From: an uncultured Candidatus Saccharibacteria bacterium
GTDB taxonomy: Bacteria > Patescibacteriota > Doudnabacteria > UBA920 > O2-02-FULL-48-8
NCBI GenBank assembly: GCA_964605735.1
Contig: CAZSDS010000001.1
Location: 406,559 to 470,558, forward strand
DNA length: 64,000 nt
Direction: 5' to 3'
The notes under the pieces are model-generated. The model was not told the DNA's origin and made no database searches. It was given only the letters and a program-made list of their open reading frames with translations. Of the stretch, positions 8,042-15,416 are shown one piece after another (within the stretch, counting starts at the first letter, position 1; every line of letters starts with the position of its first letter). A program made the position numbers and the translations under genes.

Positions 8042-9802
8042 TTAACTATAAATTTTCTCAATTTTTGATTTTAATGGAAGTGGTATCTCGAATGCCTGAG
8101 CCGAAACAAGATTTAATGCTAAATAAGGCTTGTGTTTATCACTCGCTTGAGTAATACCTATTTCCTCGTCCAAGTCATTTATGAAAATTACACTATCCCC
8201 TATACTTCTATTTACCGTGGATTCGATTTTTGCCGATGATTGATCTGCACTCTGCAAAGCCTCAGATGATTTGCCAGACTGATGATCCTTATCATACACA
8301 GCTAAATATGAAATCTTAAACTTATTCAGTAAATGCACATACACTTGGATACTGTCTTTACTGCCGCAGTCTATTAAAGTGTAATCGTACCTAAAAATAC
8401 CTATTTTTTTCGCTAGATACGGTATAACTGTTTTTTCAGTAGCGCCCTCTAACAAAATTACTTTTTTAGCGAAAAATAGCTCACTGCGATCTGGATTGAG
8501 CCAGTATGTCATATTGAAATTTTTTTTATCATCACTCAAGGTAAATAATTCTTCTGAACATTGAAGAGTTTTACTTCCTTCCTCAAGATTCTTTTTATAA
8601 ACAATGACTATTGACTTATACGCTTCTAAATCTAAGAAAGAACTTGAGTGCGTTGACAATACTACTTGCGTTCCAGACTCGGATAGACTCTGCAAGGATG
8701 AGAACAGCTCTCGTTGAGCCTGAGGATGTAAATACAATTCAGGCTCTTCATAAAAAAGATAAATGGATTTCGAAGCAGAGCGACTTAATGTCTGTTCCTC
8801 TGAGATCTCAGTACTTGCTTTAACCCAAGCTTTAATGAGTGCAAAAATTAACGAACGCTGCAGTCCATTACCCTTCCTATCAACATCTGTGGGTACGCCG
8901 TCATCAACCCAAACAGAAGTCCCTAGACGCATAACCTCATCAATATCAGGCGGTGTTATTTCAATACTAATTTTTGTATCCCACTGCCTAAGTTCATCCT
9001 CAAGCAAACTCTCTAATTTGCTAATTTCGGCTGGTCTATTTTGGTTTTGAGCACCTGTAGAGACGGTTTTGTTTAAATTCTGTGCCAGTTCAGCAATTCT
9101 CTTTTTCGCATCCTTATAAGCATCGTTATTTTTTGACATCTCATTAATAACATTGGAAAAAAGCTGACTAAAAATTGATTTACTTTTTATGTTGAATTCA
9201 TCTCCGACGTTCTTTACCGCAGGCACAAAAAATACCTGACCAAATATACCTTGTGCGACAGATTTTAGGCCTAGAAAGTGAGAATGCTCCAATTGATATA
9301 AAAAGTTAACGGAACCAGTATGATCTTCAATATACTTTCTTTGGGCTTGTATTACCATCTCTTTTGTAACTCTTCCTTCATGGGGAATATATTGCAGAAG
9401 AGGTGTGCCTTGTATAACATCTCTGTTATTCAACTGGCCTGCACTCTCCTCTCGTAACCAACTATCTGAAGGTATCTGACAGTAGCCGTGATACTCAGGT
9501 GGATCACCCTTAATAACCTGCTTTCTTACAGTTATCGCTCCTTCACTGGTCAGATACTTTTTAAATTGATTTTTGTCATGATCATCCAGATCACAAAAAG
9601 TGACCTCGACATGCAACTCTTCTGATCCTTTATTAAAGTCCATTTCAGAAATTGAAATATACCCAAAAAAGAATAGCAGGGCAGTCAAAATATTTGACTT
9701 ACCATGATTATTTTGACCAATAAAAATCATCAAAGATTGAAAATCGACTTCACAATCCTTAATGGAGCGCCAGTTATGAATTCTTAGCTTCGAAATTCTC
9801 AA
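8042..9802 (-). CDS. OLD-family ATP-dependent endonuclease (N-terminal ABC/AAA15 ATPase plus C-terminal TOPRIM), class-1-like (no helicase partner)
   Basis: Start MRISKLRIHNWRSIKD, Walker A GQNNHGKSNIL, C-terminal TOPRIM VILLEGATEKTVIPYL. 586 aa, the same size as phage P2 Old. TTG start overlapping the upstream stop (TTGA). Confidence 0.8.
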   Translation of the reverse strand: MRISKLRIHNWRSIKDCEVDFQSLMIFIGQNNHGKSNILTALLFFFGYISISEMDFNKGSEELHVEVTFCDLDDHDKNQFKKYLTSEGAITVRKQVIKGDPPEYHGYCQIPSDSWLREESAGQLNNRDVIQGTPLLQYIPHEGRVTKEMVIQAQRKYIEDHTGSVNFLYQLEHSHFLGLKSVAQGIFGQVFFVPAVKNVGDEFNIKSKSIFSQLFSNVINEMSKNNDAYKDAKKRIAELAQNLNKTVSTGAQNQNRPAEISKLESLLEDELRQWDTKISIEITPPDIDEVMRLGTSVWVDDGVPTDVDRKGNGLQRSLIFALIKAWVKASTEISEEQTLSRSASKSIYLFYEEPELYLHPQAQRELFSSLQSLSESGTQVVLSTHSSSFLDLEAYKSIVIVYKKNLEEGSKTLQCSEELFTLSDDKKNFNMTYWLNPDRSELFFAKKVILLEGATEKTVIPYLAKKIGIFRYDYTLIDCGSKDSIQVYVHLLNKFKISYLAVYDKDHQSGKSSEALQSADQSSAKIESTVNRSIGDSVIFINDLDEEIGITQASDKHKPYLALNLVSAQAFEIPLPLKSKIEKIYS

Positions 9803-10005
9803 GCAATTTTAGTGTAGGAATAAGTATTTTTGACGTGATTTGCGAAAAAGCTACCCTTAGATCCAGCTGACATAAGTTGACTAAATACACCCTCCGGAAC
9901 TCCGTGATACTGGTATGTGCCACCATTCACAAATTCGACCTCTAATACACTAGCTTCGTACCCAATAGATCTAATATCACTTGAATTTACAGTTTGTCTC
10001 AACAT
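9799..10005 (-). CDS. KTSC domain protein
   Basis: 68-aa ORF with YQYHGVPEGVFSQLMSAGSKGSFFANHVKNTYSY, matching the KTSC (lysyl-tRNA-synthetase C-terminal-like) domain signature. Stop TGA overlaps the TTG start of the OLD gene. Confidence 0.65.
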   Translation of the reverse strand: MLRQTVNSSDIRSIGYEASVLEVEFVNGGTYQYHGVPEGVFSQLMSAGSKGSFFANHVKNTYSYTKIA

Positions 10006-10044
10006 ATTTTTTATTGAATAAATTATATATCAACTTATTATTAA

Positions 10045-10075
10045 ATAAAAACACCCTGAAAAGGGTATTTTTATT
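10045..10075 (-). terminator. rho-independent terminator after pnp (right edge of AT-rich island)
   Basis: Hairpin ACCCTGAAAAGGGT flanked by A/T runs, immediately downstream of the pnp TAG stop. Confidence 0.55.
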
Positions 10076-10076
10076 A

Positions 10077-12329
10077 CTAATGCCTTGCAAACCTTGGACC
10101 ACCTCTCCTGTGATCGCCATTTCCATGCCCATGACCGCCTCTGCCGTGGCCACCATGTCCGTGTCCGCCTCGTGAAGGCCTTGAACCGCCTTCTGGTCTG
10201 TCTGGCATGCCTTCTGGTTTTGGAATCATAACTCTGTGTGACAAATTCACTCGTCCCATTTGATCAATCTCAATCACTTTCACTTCCAACTCATCCCCAA
10301 TCTTCACAACATCCTCAACTTTCCCGACTCTTTCCCAACCCAGTTCTGAGATGTGCACCATGCCATCGTGTCCTGGCACTAATTCCACAAACGCACCAAA
10401 GTCCATGATGCGCACTACTTTTCCTTTAAAGACTTCGCCAACCTGAATCTCACGAGTCAGATCTTTGATCCACTGCACAGCCTTGGCACTTCCTTCAGCA
10501 TCATCTGAAGTGACCATAACCAAACCTGAATCTTCAATGTCGATCTGCACGCCAGTCTCAGCAATAATTTTGTTGATGACTTTACCGCCGGTTCCAATTA
10601 CATCGCGGATCTTTTCCGGATTAATGTGGAAAGAAACAATTCGCGGAGCCAGTGGCGACAAATCAGCGCGAGGCGCAGAAATCGCCTGCTTCATTACAGA
10701 CAGAATATGCATGCGGCCAGCTTTAGCGCCTTTGATGGCCTCAGCCAGAATATCAACCGTCAAACCCTTGGCCTTATTATCCATCTGAATTGCGGTAATG
10801 CCTTTTTCAGAGCCAGTGACTTTAAAGTCCATATCACCATTGCCGTCTTCAATTCCCTGAATGTCAGTCAGCACTTTGAACTTGCCGGATTTTTGATCAA
10901 AGATCAAACCCATGGCAACTCCACCGATCATATCAGAAATTGGCACGCCTGCATCCATCAAAGCCAGAGTTGAACCACAAGTAGAGCCCATGGATGTTGA
11001 ACCGTTTGAACCCAAAGCCTCAGAAACCAATCTTAATGTATAAGGGAATTTTTCTTTGTCAGGGATGACGACTTCTACTGCGCGCTCAGCCAAAGCTCCG
11101 TGTCCGATTTCTCTTCTTCCAGGGCCGCGCATAGGAGCGACTTCACCTACAGAGTAACCAGGGAAATTGTAATGGTGAATATAGCGCTTATGTGTTTCCA
11201 CAAAATCTTCCATGCCATCAAGAATCTGCGCATCACCGGATGAACCCAATGTGACAGTAGTTAAAATCTGAGTCTCGCCGCGGTTAAACAGCGCTGAGCC
11301 ATGAGTTCTAGGCAGTACGCCAACAGCACAGGAAACTTCTCTGGTCTTATCAAGCGGCCTTAAATCCACGCGCCTGTCGCGCTCTAAAATATTCTCACGA
11401 ATAACTTTCTTCAAAACCTTATCAAATGCCAAACCAAAATGCTGGGCAAAATTCAAAGTTTCATTAGAAGCAAAGTGCGTGGCCAGCTCTTCTGCCAAAG
11501 CTTTTTTAGCCGCATCAAGCCTTGCCTCACGCTCCGCCTTAGGGAATGTGCCATACAAAGCCTCTTCAATCTGCCCTTTTCTTTCAATCACAGCGTTTAA
11601 CACCGCTTCATCCGGCAAAACCAAAACAGGTTCGACTTTTTCCAGCCCAACCTTTTTCTTGATCTCTGCCTGCATTGCAGCCAGTTCGCCCAGGTAAGGC
11701 ATTGCAAAGCGCAATGCTTCAATCATGTCATCTTCTGAAACCTGTTTAGCACCTGCTTCCACCATCATGACATGCTCGCCGGAACCGGAAACCACCAGGT
11801 CCAAATCAGAAGCATTCTTCTGTTCGTAATTAGGGTTGATAATGAACTTACCGTCCACCCGTCCTACGCGCACGCCCGCGATCGGCCCCTCAAAAGGGAT
11901 GTCGGAAACTTCCAAGGCTGCGGAAGCGGCATTGATGGCCAGAACATCCGGATCATTGACTTCGTCAACTGACAAAATAGTCACGACAATCTGCACGTCA
12001 TTGCGCATGCCGTCCGGGAACAACGGACGCAAACTTCGGTCAACCAATCTGCCTGTTAAGATTGCATCATCTGTGGCGCGGCCTTCGCGTTTTATGAAGC
12101 GGGAACCTTTGATCTTTCCTGCCGCGTAAAGTCGTTCCTCATAATCAACCAAAAGCGGGAAGTAATCCATTCCTTCCCTGACCTTGTTGCTCATCACAGC
12201 TGTGGCCAAAACCACAGTATCACCCAAACGTGCCAAAACAGAGCCGTTTGCTTGTTGTGCCAACACCCCTGTTTCAAAGGAGAATTTCTTTCCGTCTATC
12301 TCCTTTTCTACTTTTTCTACTTTTTGCAT
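10077..12329 (-). CDS. pnp: polyribonucleotide nucleotidyltransferase (PNPase) with Gly/His-rich C-terminal tail
   Basis: Two RNase PH domains, KH and S1 domains recognisable. Adjacent to rpsO. Tail GGHGHGGHGRGGHGHGNGDHRRGG. Confidence 0.95.
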   Translation of the reverse strand: MQKVEKVEKEIDGKKFSFETGVLAQQANGSVLARLGDTVVLATAVMSNKVREGMDYFPLLVDYEERLYAAGKIKGSRFIKREGRATDDAILTGRLVDRSLRPLFPDGMRNDVQIVVTILSVDEVNDPDVLAINAASAALEVSDIPFEGPIAGVRVGRVDGKFIINPNYEQKNASDLDLVVSGSGEHVMMVEAGAKQVSEDDMIEALRFAMPYLGELAAMQAEIKKKVGLEKVEPVLVLPDEAVLNAVIERKGQIEEALYGTFPKAEREARLDAAKKALAEELATHFASNETLNFAQHFGLAFDKVLKKVIRENILERDRRVDLRPLDKTREVSCAVGVLPRTHGSALFNRGETQILTTVTLGSSGDAQILDGMEDFVETHKRYIHHYNFPGYSVGEVAPMRGPGRREIGHGALAERAVEVVIPDKEKFPYTLRLVSEALGSNGSTSMGSTCGSTLALMDAGVPISDMIGGVAMGLIFDQKSGKFKVLTDIQGIEDGNGDMDFKVTGSEKGITAIQMDNKAKGLTVDILAEAIKGAKAGRMHILSVMKQAISAPRADLSPLAPRIVSFHINPEKIRDVIGTGGKVINKIIAETGVQIDIEDSGLVMVTSDDAEGSAKAVQWIKDLTREIQVGEVFKGKVVRIMDFGAFVELVPGHDGMVHISELGWERVGKVEDVVKIGDELEVKVIEIDQMGRVNLSHRVMIPKPEGMPDRPEGGSRPSRGGHGHGGHGRGGHGHGNGDHRRGGPRFARH

Positions 12330-12573
12330 TTAGAACCTTTGTGTCTGGTCAGCTGTGCCTACGCACAGAAGTCGTATCGAATGACAATCTCAATTTATCC
12401 TTAGATCGGGGTCCTGCCGTCCTACACCCCTTCATTTTGCTTAAAGACGCAAAATGTCGGGGCCCCACGGACGTCACCCCTCGGCAATCATAATTCGATT
12501 GCCATCTTGGGTAACACAGGAATTGTCAGCCTATACCACCTCTATGTCAGCCTCAGCCGGACAGACTTAATTA
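12330..12573 (-). promoter_or_regulatory. Structured pnp 5' leader (GC-rich, several hairpins)
   Basis: GGCAATC/GATTGCC hairpin and extended GC-rich pairing between the rpsO terminator and the pnp start. Consistent with RNase III/PNPase autoregulatory leaders known for rpsO-pnp. Confidence 0.4.
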
Positions 12574-12641
12574 TTTAAAAAAACTTCTCGCTGAACGCTC
12601 GAAGAATACCACGTTTGATATCGTTCGAGCGAAGCGAGAAC
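12574..12641 (-). terminator. rpsO rho-independent terminator (long imperfect palindrome)
   Basis: TTCTCGCTGAACGCTCGAA ... TTCGAGCGAAGCGAGAA stem plus U7 on the minus strand, immediately after the rpsO TAA. Confidence 0.7.
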
Positions 12642-12647
12642 TTTTCA

Positions 12648-12914
12648 TTATGCTTTAAGCTTTAATTTATCCACCAGTTTTTCCCAGCGCTTTTCATCCT
12701 CTGCTTTCAGATAGCGGAGCAAGCGGCGTCGGTTACCTACCATTTTCAGCAAACCTCTTCTGGAGTGGTTGTCTTTCTTGTGCTGCTGCAAATGTTCGGA
12801 AACTTTCTCGATTTCCTTGGTCAAAATGGCGATCTGGACTTCTGGTGAGCCAGTATCGTCTTTGTGAACCTGAAACTTCTTAATTAAAGCGTCTTTCTCT
12901 TTTGGAGTAAGCAT
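12648..12914 (-). CDS. rpsO: 30S ribosomal protein S15
   Basis: 88-aa ORF with the S15 signature (GSPEVQIA...[16 protein letters not shown]). Upstream of pnp. Confidence 0.95.
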   Translation of the reverse strand: MLTPKEKDALIKKFQVHKDDTGSPEVQIAILTKEIEKVSEHLQQHKKDNHSRRGLLKMVGNRRRLLRYLKAEDEKRWEKLVDKLKLKA

Positions 12915-12972
12915 CTATTGCCTTTCTGCACGAGTCAGCCAGAGTATGCCGACCGTGGTTAATATGCGAGCA

Positions 12973-13001
12973 TTATACCATATCAGGCGAGGGCAAAGCA
13001 A
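12973..13001 (-). promoter_or_regulatory. rpsO promoter (extended -10)
   Basis: Minus-strand TTGCTT, 18 nt, TGGTATAAT, about 50 nt upstream of the rpsO ATG. Confidence 0.5.
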
Positions 13002-13018
13002 GCTCGGTTTTAGTATCA

Positions 13019-13044
13019 AAAAGCACCGAATCCGGTGCTTTTTA
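13019..13044. terminator. Perfect bidirectional hairpin (insulator/terminator)
   Basis: AAAAAGCACCGAATCCGGTGCTTTTT: 8-bp perfect stem with an A-run and a T-run on either side. Confidence 0.5.
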
Positions 13045-13161
13045 GTGGATGGTCTTAGCCTGTTAGTCAACCCTATGATATCTAGGCACATTAAGAAAGT
13101 CAACTTTCCTAATACTTGGACCCGCGGCATAAAATCTTGGCTGTGGATATTGATTCTACTA

Positions 13162-13190
13162 TTGACTTTTAACTTGGGGTGACTTAGAAT
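13162..13190 (+). promoter_or_regulatory. sigma70-like promoter for small ORFs upstream of the recombinase
   Basis: TTGACT, 17 nt, TAGAAT. Confidence 0.5.
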
Positions 13191-13216
13191 TTGCGTTCAG
13201 CTAGGCAGGAGGAGCC

Positions 13217-13399
13217 ATGCATGAAAAAATGAGGCGAACCAGGGAAGAACTGGTCAGGAGTCTCCGCGCTTGCGACGCTGCCACTGTAGCGGACCGTGTT
13301 TTCCGTGATATTTCACGGCCATCGTCCAAACCACAGTCTGGAGAAAAGTCAGATGCCCAAGATCAACGGCCGACCAAAAGATGCTCCTCGGGAGTATGA
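13217..13399 (+). CDS. small basic hypothetical protein
   Basis: Strong RBS AGGAGGAG 5 nt upstream. GC-rich. Overlaps the next ORF in another frame. Confidence 0.35.
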   Translation: MHEKMRRTREELVRSLRACDAATVADRVFRDISRPSSKPQSGEKSDAQDQRPTKRCSSGV

Positions 13400-13580
13400 C
13401 TACCTCAGCCACATAAGCAGAAATCGAGGATACGAGATTCGGAAGAGAGTTCGCTCGATCACGGAATTGCTAGATGAACTGCCGACGGGGAGGGATCGGG
13501 CGGAAGCACTCAATCTTGTGCTCGACAACTACGAACCCAAGACTTTCCGCAAAACAAAACGGCCCTTGCCTCAACCTTAG
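13353..13580 (+). CDS. small hypothetical protein (75 aa from ATG at 13353)
   Basis: RBS GGAGAAAAG upstream of ATGCCCAAG. Followed by a two-hairpin terminator. Listed ORF starts earlier at 13296 with an alternative start. Confidence 0.35.
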   Translation: MPKINGRPKDAPREYDYLSHISRNRGYEIRKRVRSITELLDELPTGRDRAEALNLVLDNYEPKTFRKTKRPLPQP

Positions 13581-13660
13581 CGCGCGATCATCGCCGCGCT
13601 TTTTTTATTCTCGAGCGCAGCGAGAACTGCCACGTTTTTACTTCTCACTTCGTTCGAAGG
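13581..13660 (+). terminator. Tandem terminator: GC hairpin plus T7, followed by a palindromic element related to the rpsO terminator
   Basis: GCGCGCGATCATCGCCGCGC + TTTTTTT. Then TTCTCGAGCGCAGCGAGAA-CTGCCACGTTTTTA-CTTCTCACTTCGTTCGAAGG, sharing the TCGAGCGNAGCGAGAAC and CCACGTTT motifs with 12574..12641. Confidence 0.45.
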
Positions 13661-13748
13661 ATAAGGAGTGGCTTGTCGCAAAATATCGACTTTTTCATGT
13701 TGTGCGAACATGGTATAATTTAAGCAAATCTCCCTACTTTTTGAAAAA

Positions 13749-14723
13749 ATGCCAGAAAAACAAATCGAAATAAAATCTAAACTCCATCGCTACTACATCC
13801 AATTCCTAGAATATTTGGAAATCGAACGAAACCGATCCAGATTAACCCTGCGCAACTACGACCACTATCTCAAAAGATTTGTGGACTTTTGCGCTAAAAA
13901 ATACGGCGTAACAGACCCAGAAGAAATTGACCTTGAATTGATCCGTTCATATCGCCTTTTTCTGAACCGGTTTGAAGAAAACGGCAAACCCCTGAAAATG
14001 ATCACCCAAAACTATCACTTGATTGCCCTTCGCAGTTTTTTCAAATACCTCTCCAGGCGCGACATAAAGTCCCTAGCCGCAGAAAAAATTGAACTGCCAA
14101 AGCCGCCTTCCAGGCACGTGGAATTTTTGGAACCCGCAGACGTGGCAAATCTGATTGACTCCACCAAACAGGAAAAAGACAAACTGACCCGCCTGCGCGA
14201 CAAAGCCATTTTGGAAACCTTGTTTTCAACCGGCCTGCGCATCTCTGAGCTCTGCAACCTGAACAAAGATTCCATCAACACCAAACGCCGGGAATTTTCC
14301 GTAAAAGGCAAGGGTGACAAAATCCGCCTGGTCTTTTTGTCTGACCGGGCCATTGCCTCAATAGAGGAGTACCTGAAAGCCCGGGACGACAATTCCAAAG
14401 CCCTGTTCATCCGCCACGACCATAAAGAGTCCGTGGAAAAGCAAATGAAATCATTCAGCGAGAAAGCCATGGGCCTGACCCCGCGCACCGTCCAGCGCAT
14501 TATAAAAAAATATGCCAAACTTGCCGGCATAATGAAAAATATCAGCCCGCACACCCTGAGGCATTCGTTCGCCACTGATCTGCTGTCCAACGGCGCTGAT
14601 ATCCGCGCCGTGCAGGAGCTTTTGGGCCACGCTTCAATCTCAACCACCCAAATTTACACCCATTTGACCAACCGCCGCCTGAAAGACGTTTACGACAAAT
14701 ACCACAATGACAAGAACAAGTAG
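13749..14723 (+). CDS. xerC: tyrosine site-specific recombinase (XerC/XerD family)
   Basis: C-terminal catalytic motifs RHSFAT...LLGHASISTTQIYTHL with the Tyr nucleophile. 324 aa. Confidence 0.85.
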   Translation: MPEKQIEIKSKLHRYYIQFLEYLEIERNRSRLTLRNYDHYLKRFVDFCAKKYGVTDPEEIDLELIRSYRLFLNRFEENGKPLKMITQNYHLIALRSFFKYLSRRDIKSLAAEKIELPKPPSRHVEFLEPADVANLIDSTKQEKDKLTRLRDKAILETLFSTGLRISELCNLNKDSINTKRREFSVKGKGDKIRLVFLSDRAIASIEEYLKARDDNSKALFIRHDHKESVEKQMKSFSEKAMGLTPRTVQRIIKKYAKLAGIMKNISPHTLRHSFATDLLSNGADIRAVQELLGHASISTTQIYTHLTNRRLKDVYDKYHNDKNK

Positions 14724-14779
14724 CATTTGTGCTTGAAGCATAATCCGTATATACTCCAGATAAATCACAAGGAGGAACG

Positions 14780-15142
14780 ATGAGTAAACCTAAAACGGCG
14801 ATCATTGTGGCTCCTGACGACGTCGATCCTGACGACCTTTCTTCCTTTGATTCTTGTTTCAGCTTCTTCTCGAAATTCGAATTGTCCAAAAACGTAAAGG
14901 TGGAAAACGTCTTGTACGCCGACGACAACATTATCCAGGTCTGCGAACAAGTCAAACCCGACATTCTTCTGGATCTCACGGACGACCTCCTGAGATACTG
15001 TAAGTTGTACACCTTCATTCAGCTTTCGCCGGTTCTCCAGCGAATCAACACCAGAGTGATCGTGTTCGACCACTACTCAAAACTTCAGCTGGGGGAATAT
15101 TCAAAATACACCGCCGCAGATTGGATGAAGAATATACATTGA
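14780..15142 (+). CDS. CheY-like single-domain receiver protein (tentative)
   Basis: Strong RBS AAGGAGG. Pattern KTAIIVAPDD ... KPDILLDLTDD ... VIVFD resembles the response-regulator receiver acidic pocket and phospho-acceptor Asp. Confidence 0.4.
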   Translation: MSKPKTAIIVAPDDVDPDDLSSFDSCFSFFSKFELSKNVKVENVLYADDNIIQVCEQVKPDILLDLTDDLLRYCKLYTFIQLSPVLQRINTRVIVFDHYSKLQLGEYSKYTAADWMKNIH

Positions 15143-15151
15143 GGGTGGACC

Positions 15152-15346
15152 ATGAGAACAAATCCGGACAGAACGTTGGGGCCGTTCGTCTACCTTGTTG
15201 ACGCCGCCGGATGGGGCACAATTTGGGCGATCTTTGCCGTGAACGGCTTATCCGGCACCTGGATGAACATTGTTTTTGGTGTCGGAGTGGGCGTCCCGCT
15301 CACGCTTCAGCTCCTTCTCTGGGCCAAAACCAGGAAAAGTCAATAA
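15152..15346 (+). CDS. small membrane protein (hypothetical)
   Basis: 64-aa hydrophobic ORF with GAGGG RBS-like sequence upstream. Confidence 0.35.
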   Translation: MRTNPDRTLGPFVYLVDAAGWGTIWAIFAVNGLSGTWMNIVFGVGVGVPLTLQLLLWAKTRKSQ

Positions 15347-15416
15347 CGAGCCCGTGCGAGTCTCGTACAAACACAAAGACCAGGGATCTTTCCTGGCCTT
15401 TTTTTATTTCCTGATT

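Noticed and set aside
12915-13182. ORFs 12915..13130 (-) and 12946..13182 (+)
   Set aside because: They overlap each other on opposite strands in the rpsO promoter/terminator region, have no RBS and junk-like composition. The region is better explained by a promoter plus hairpin.
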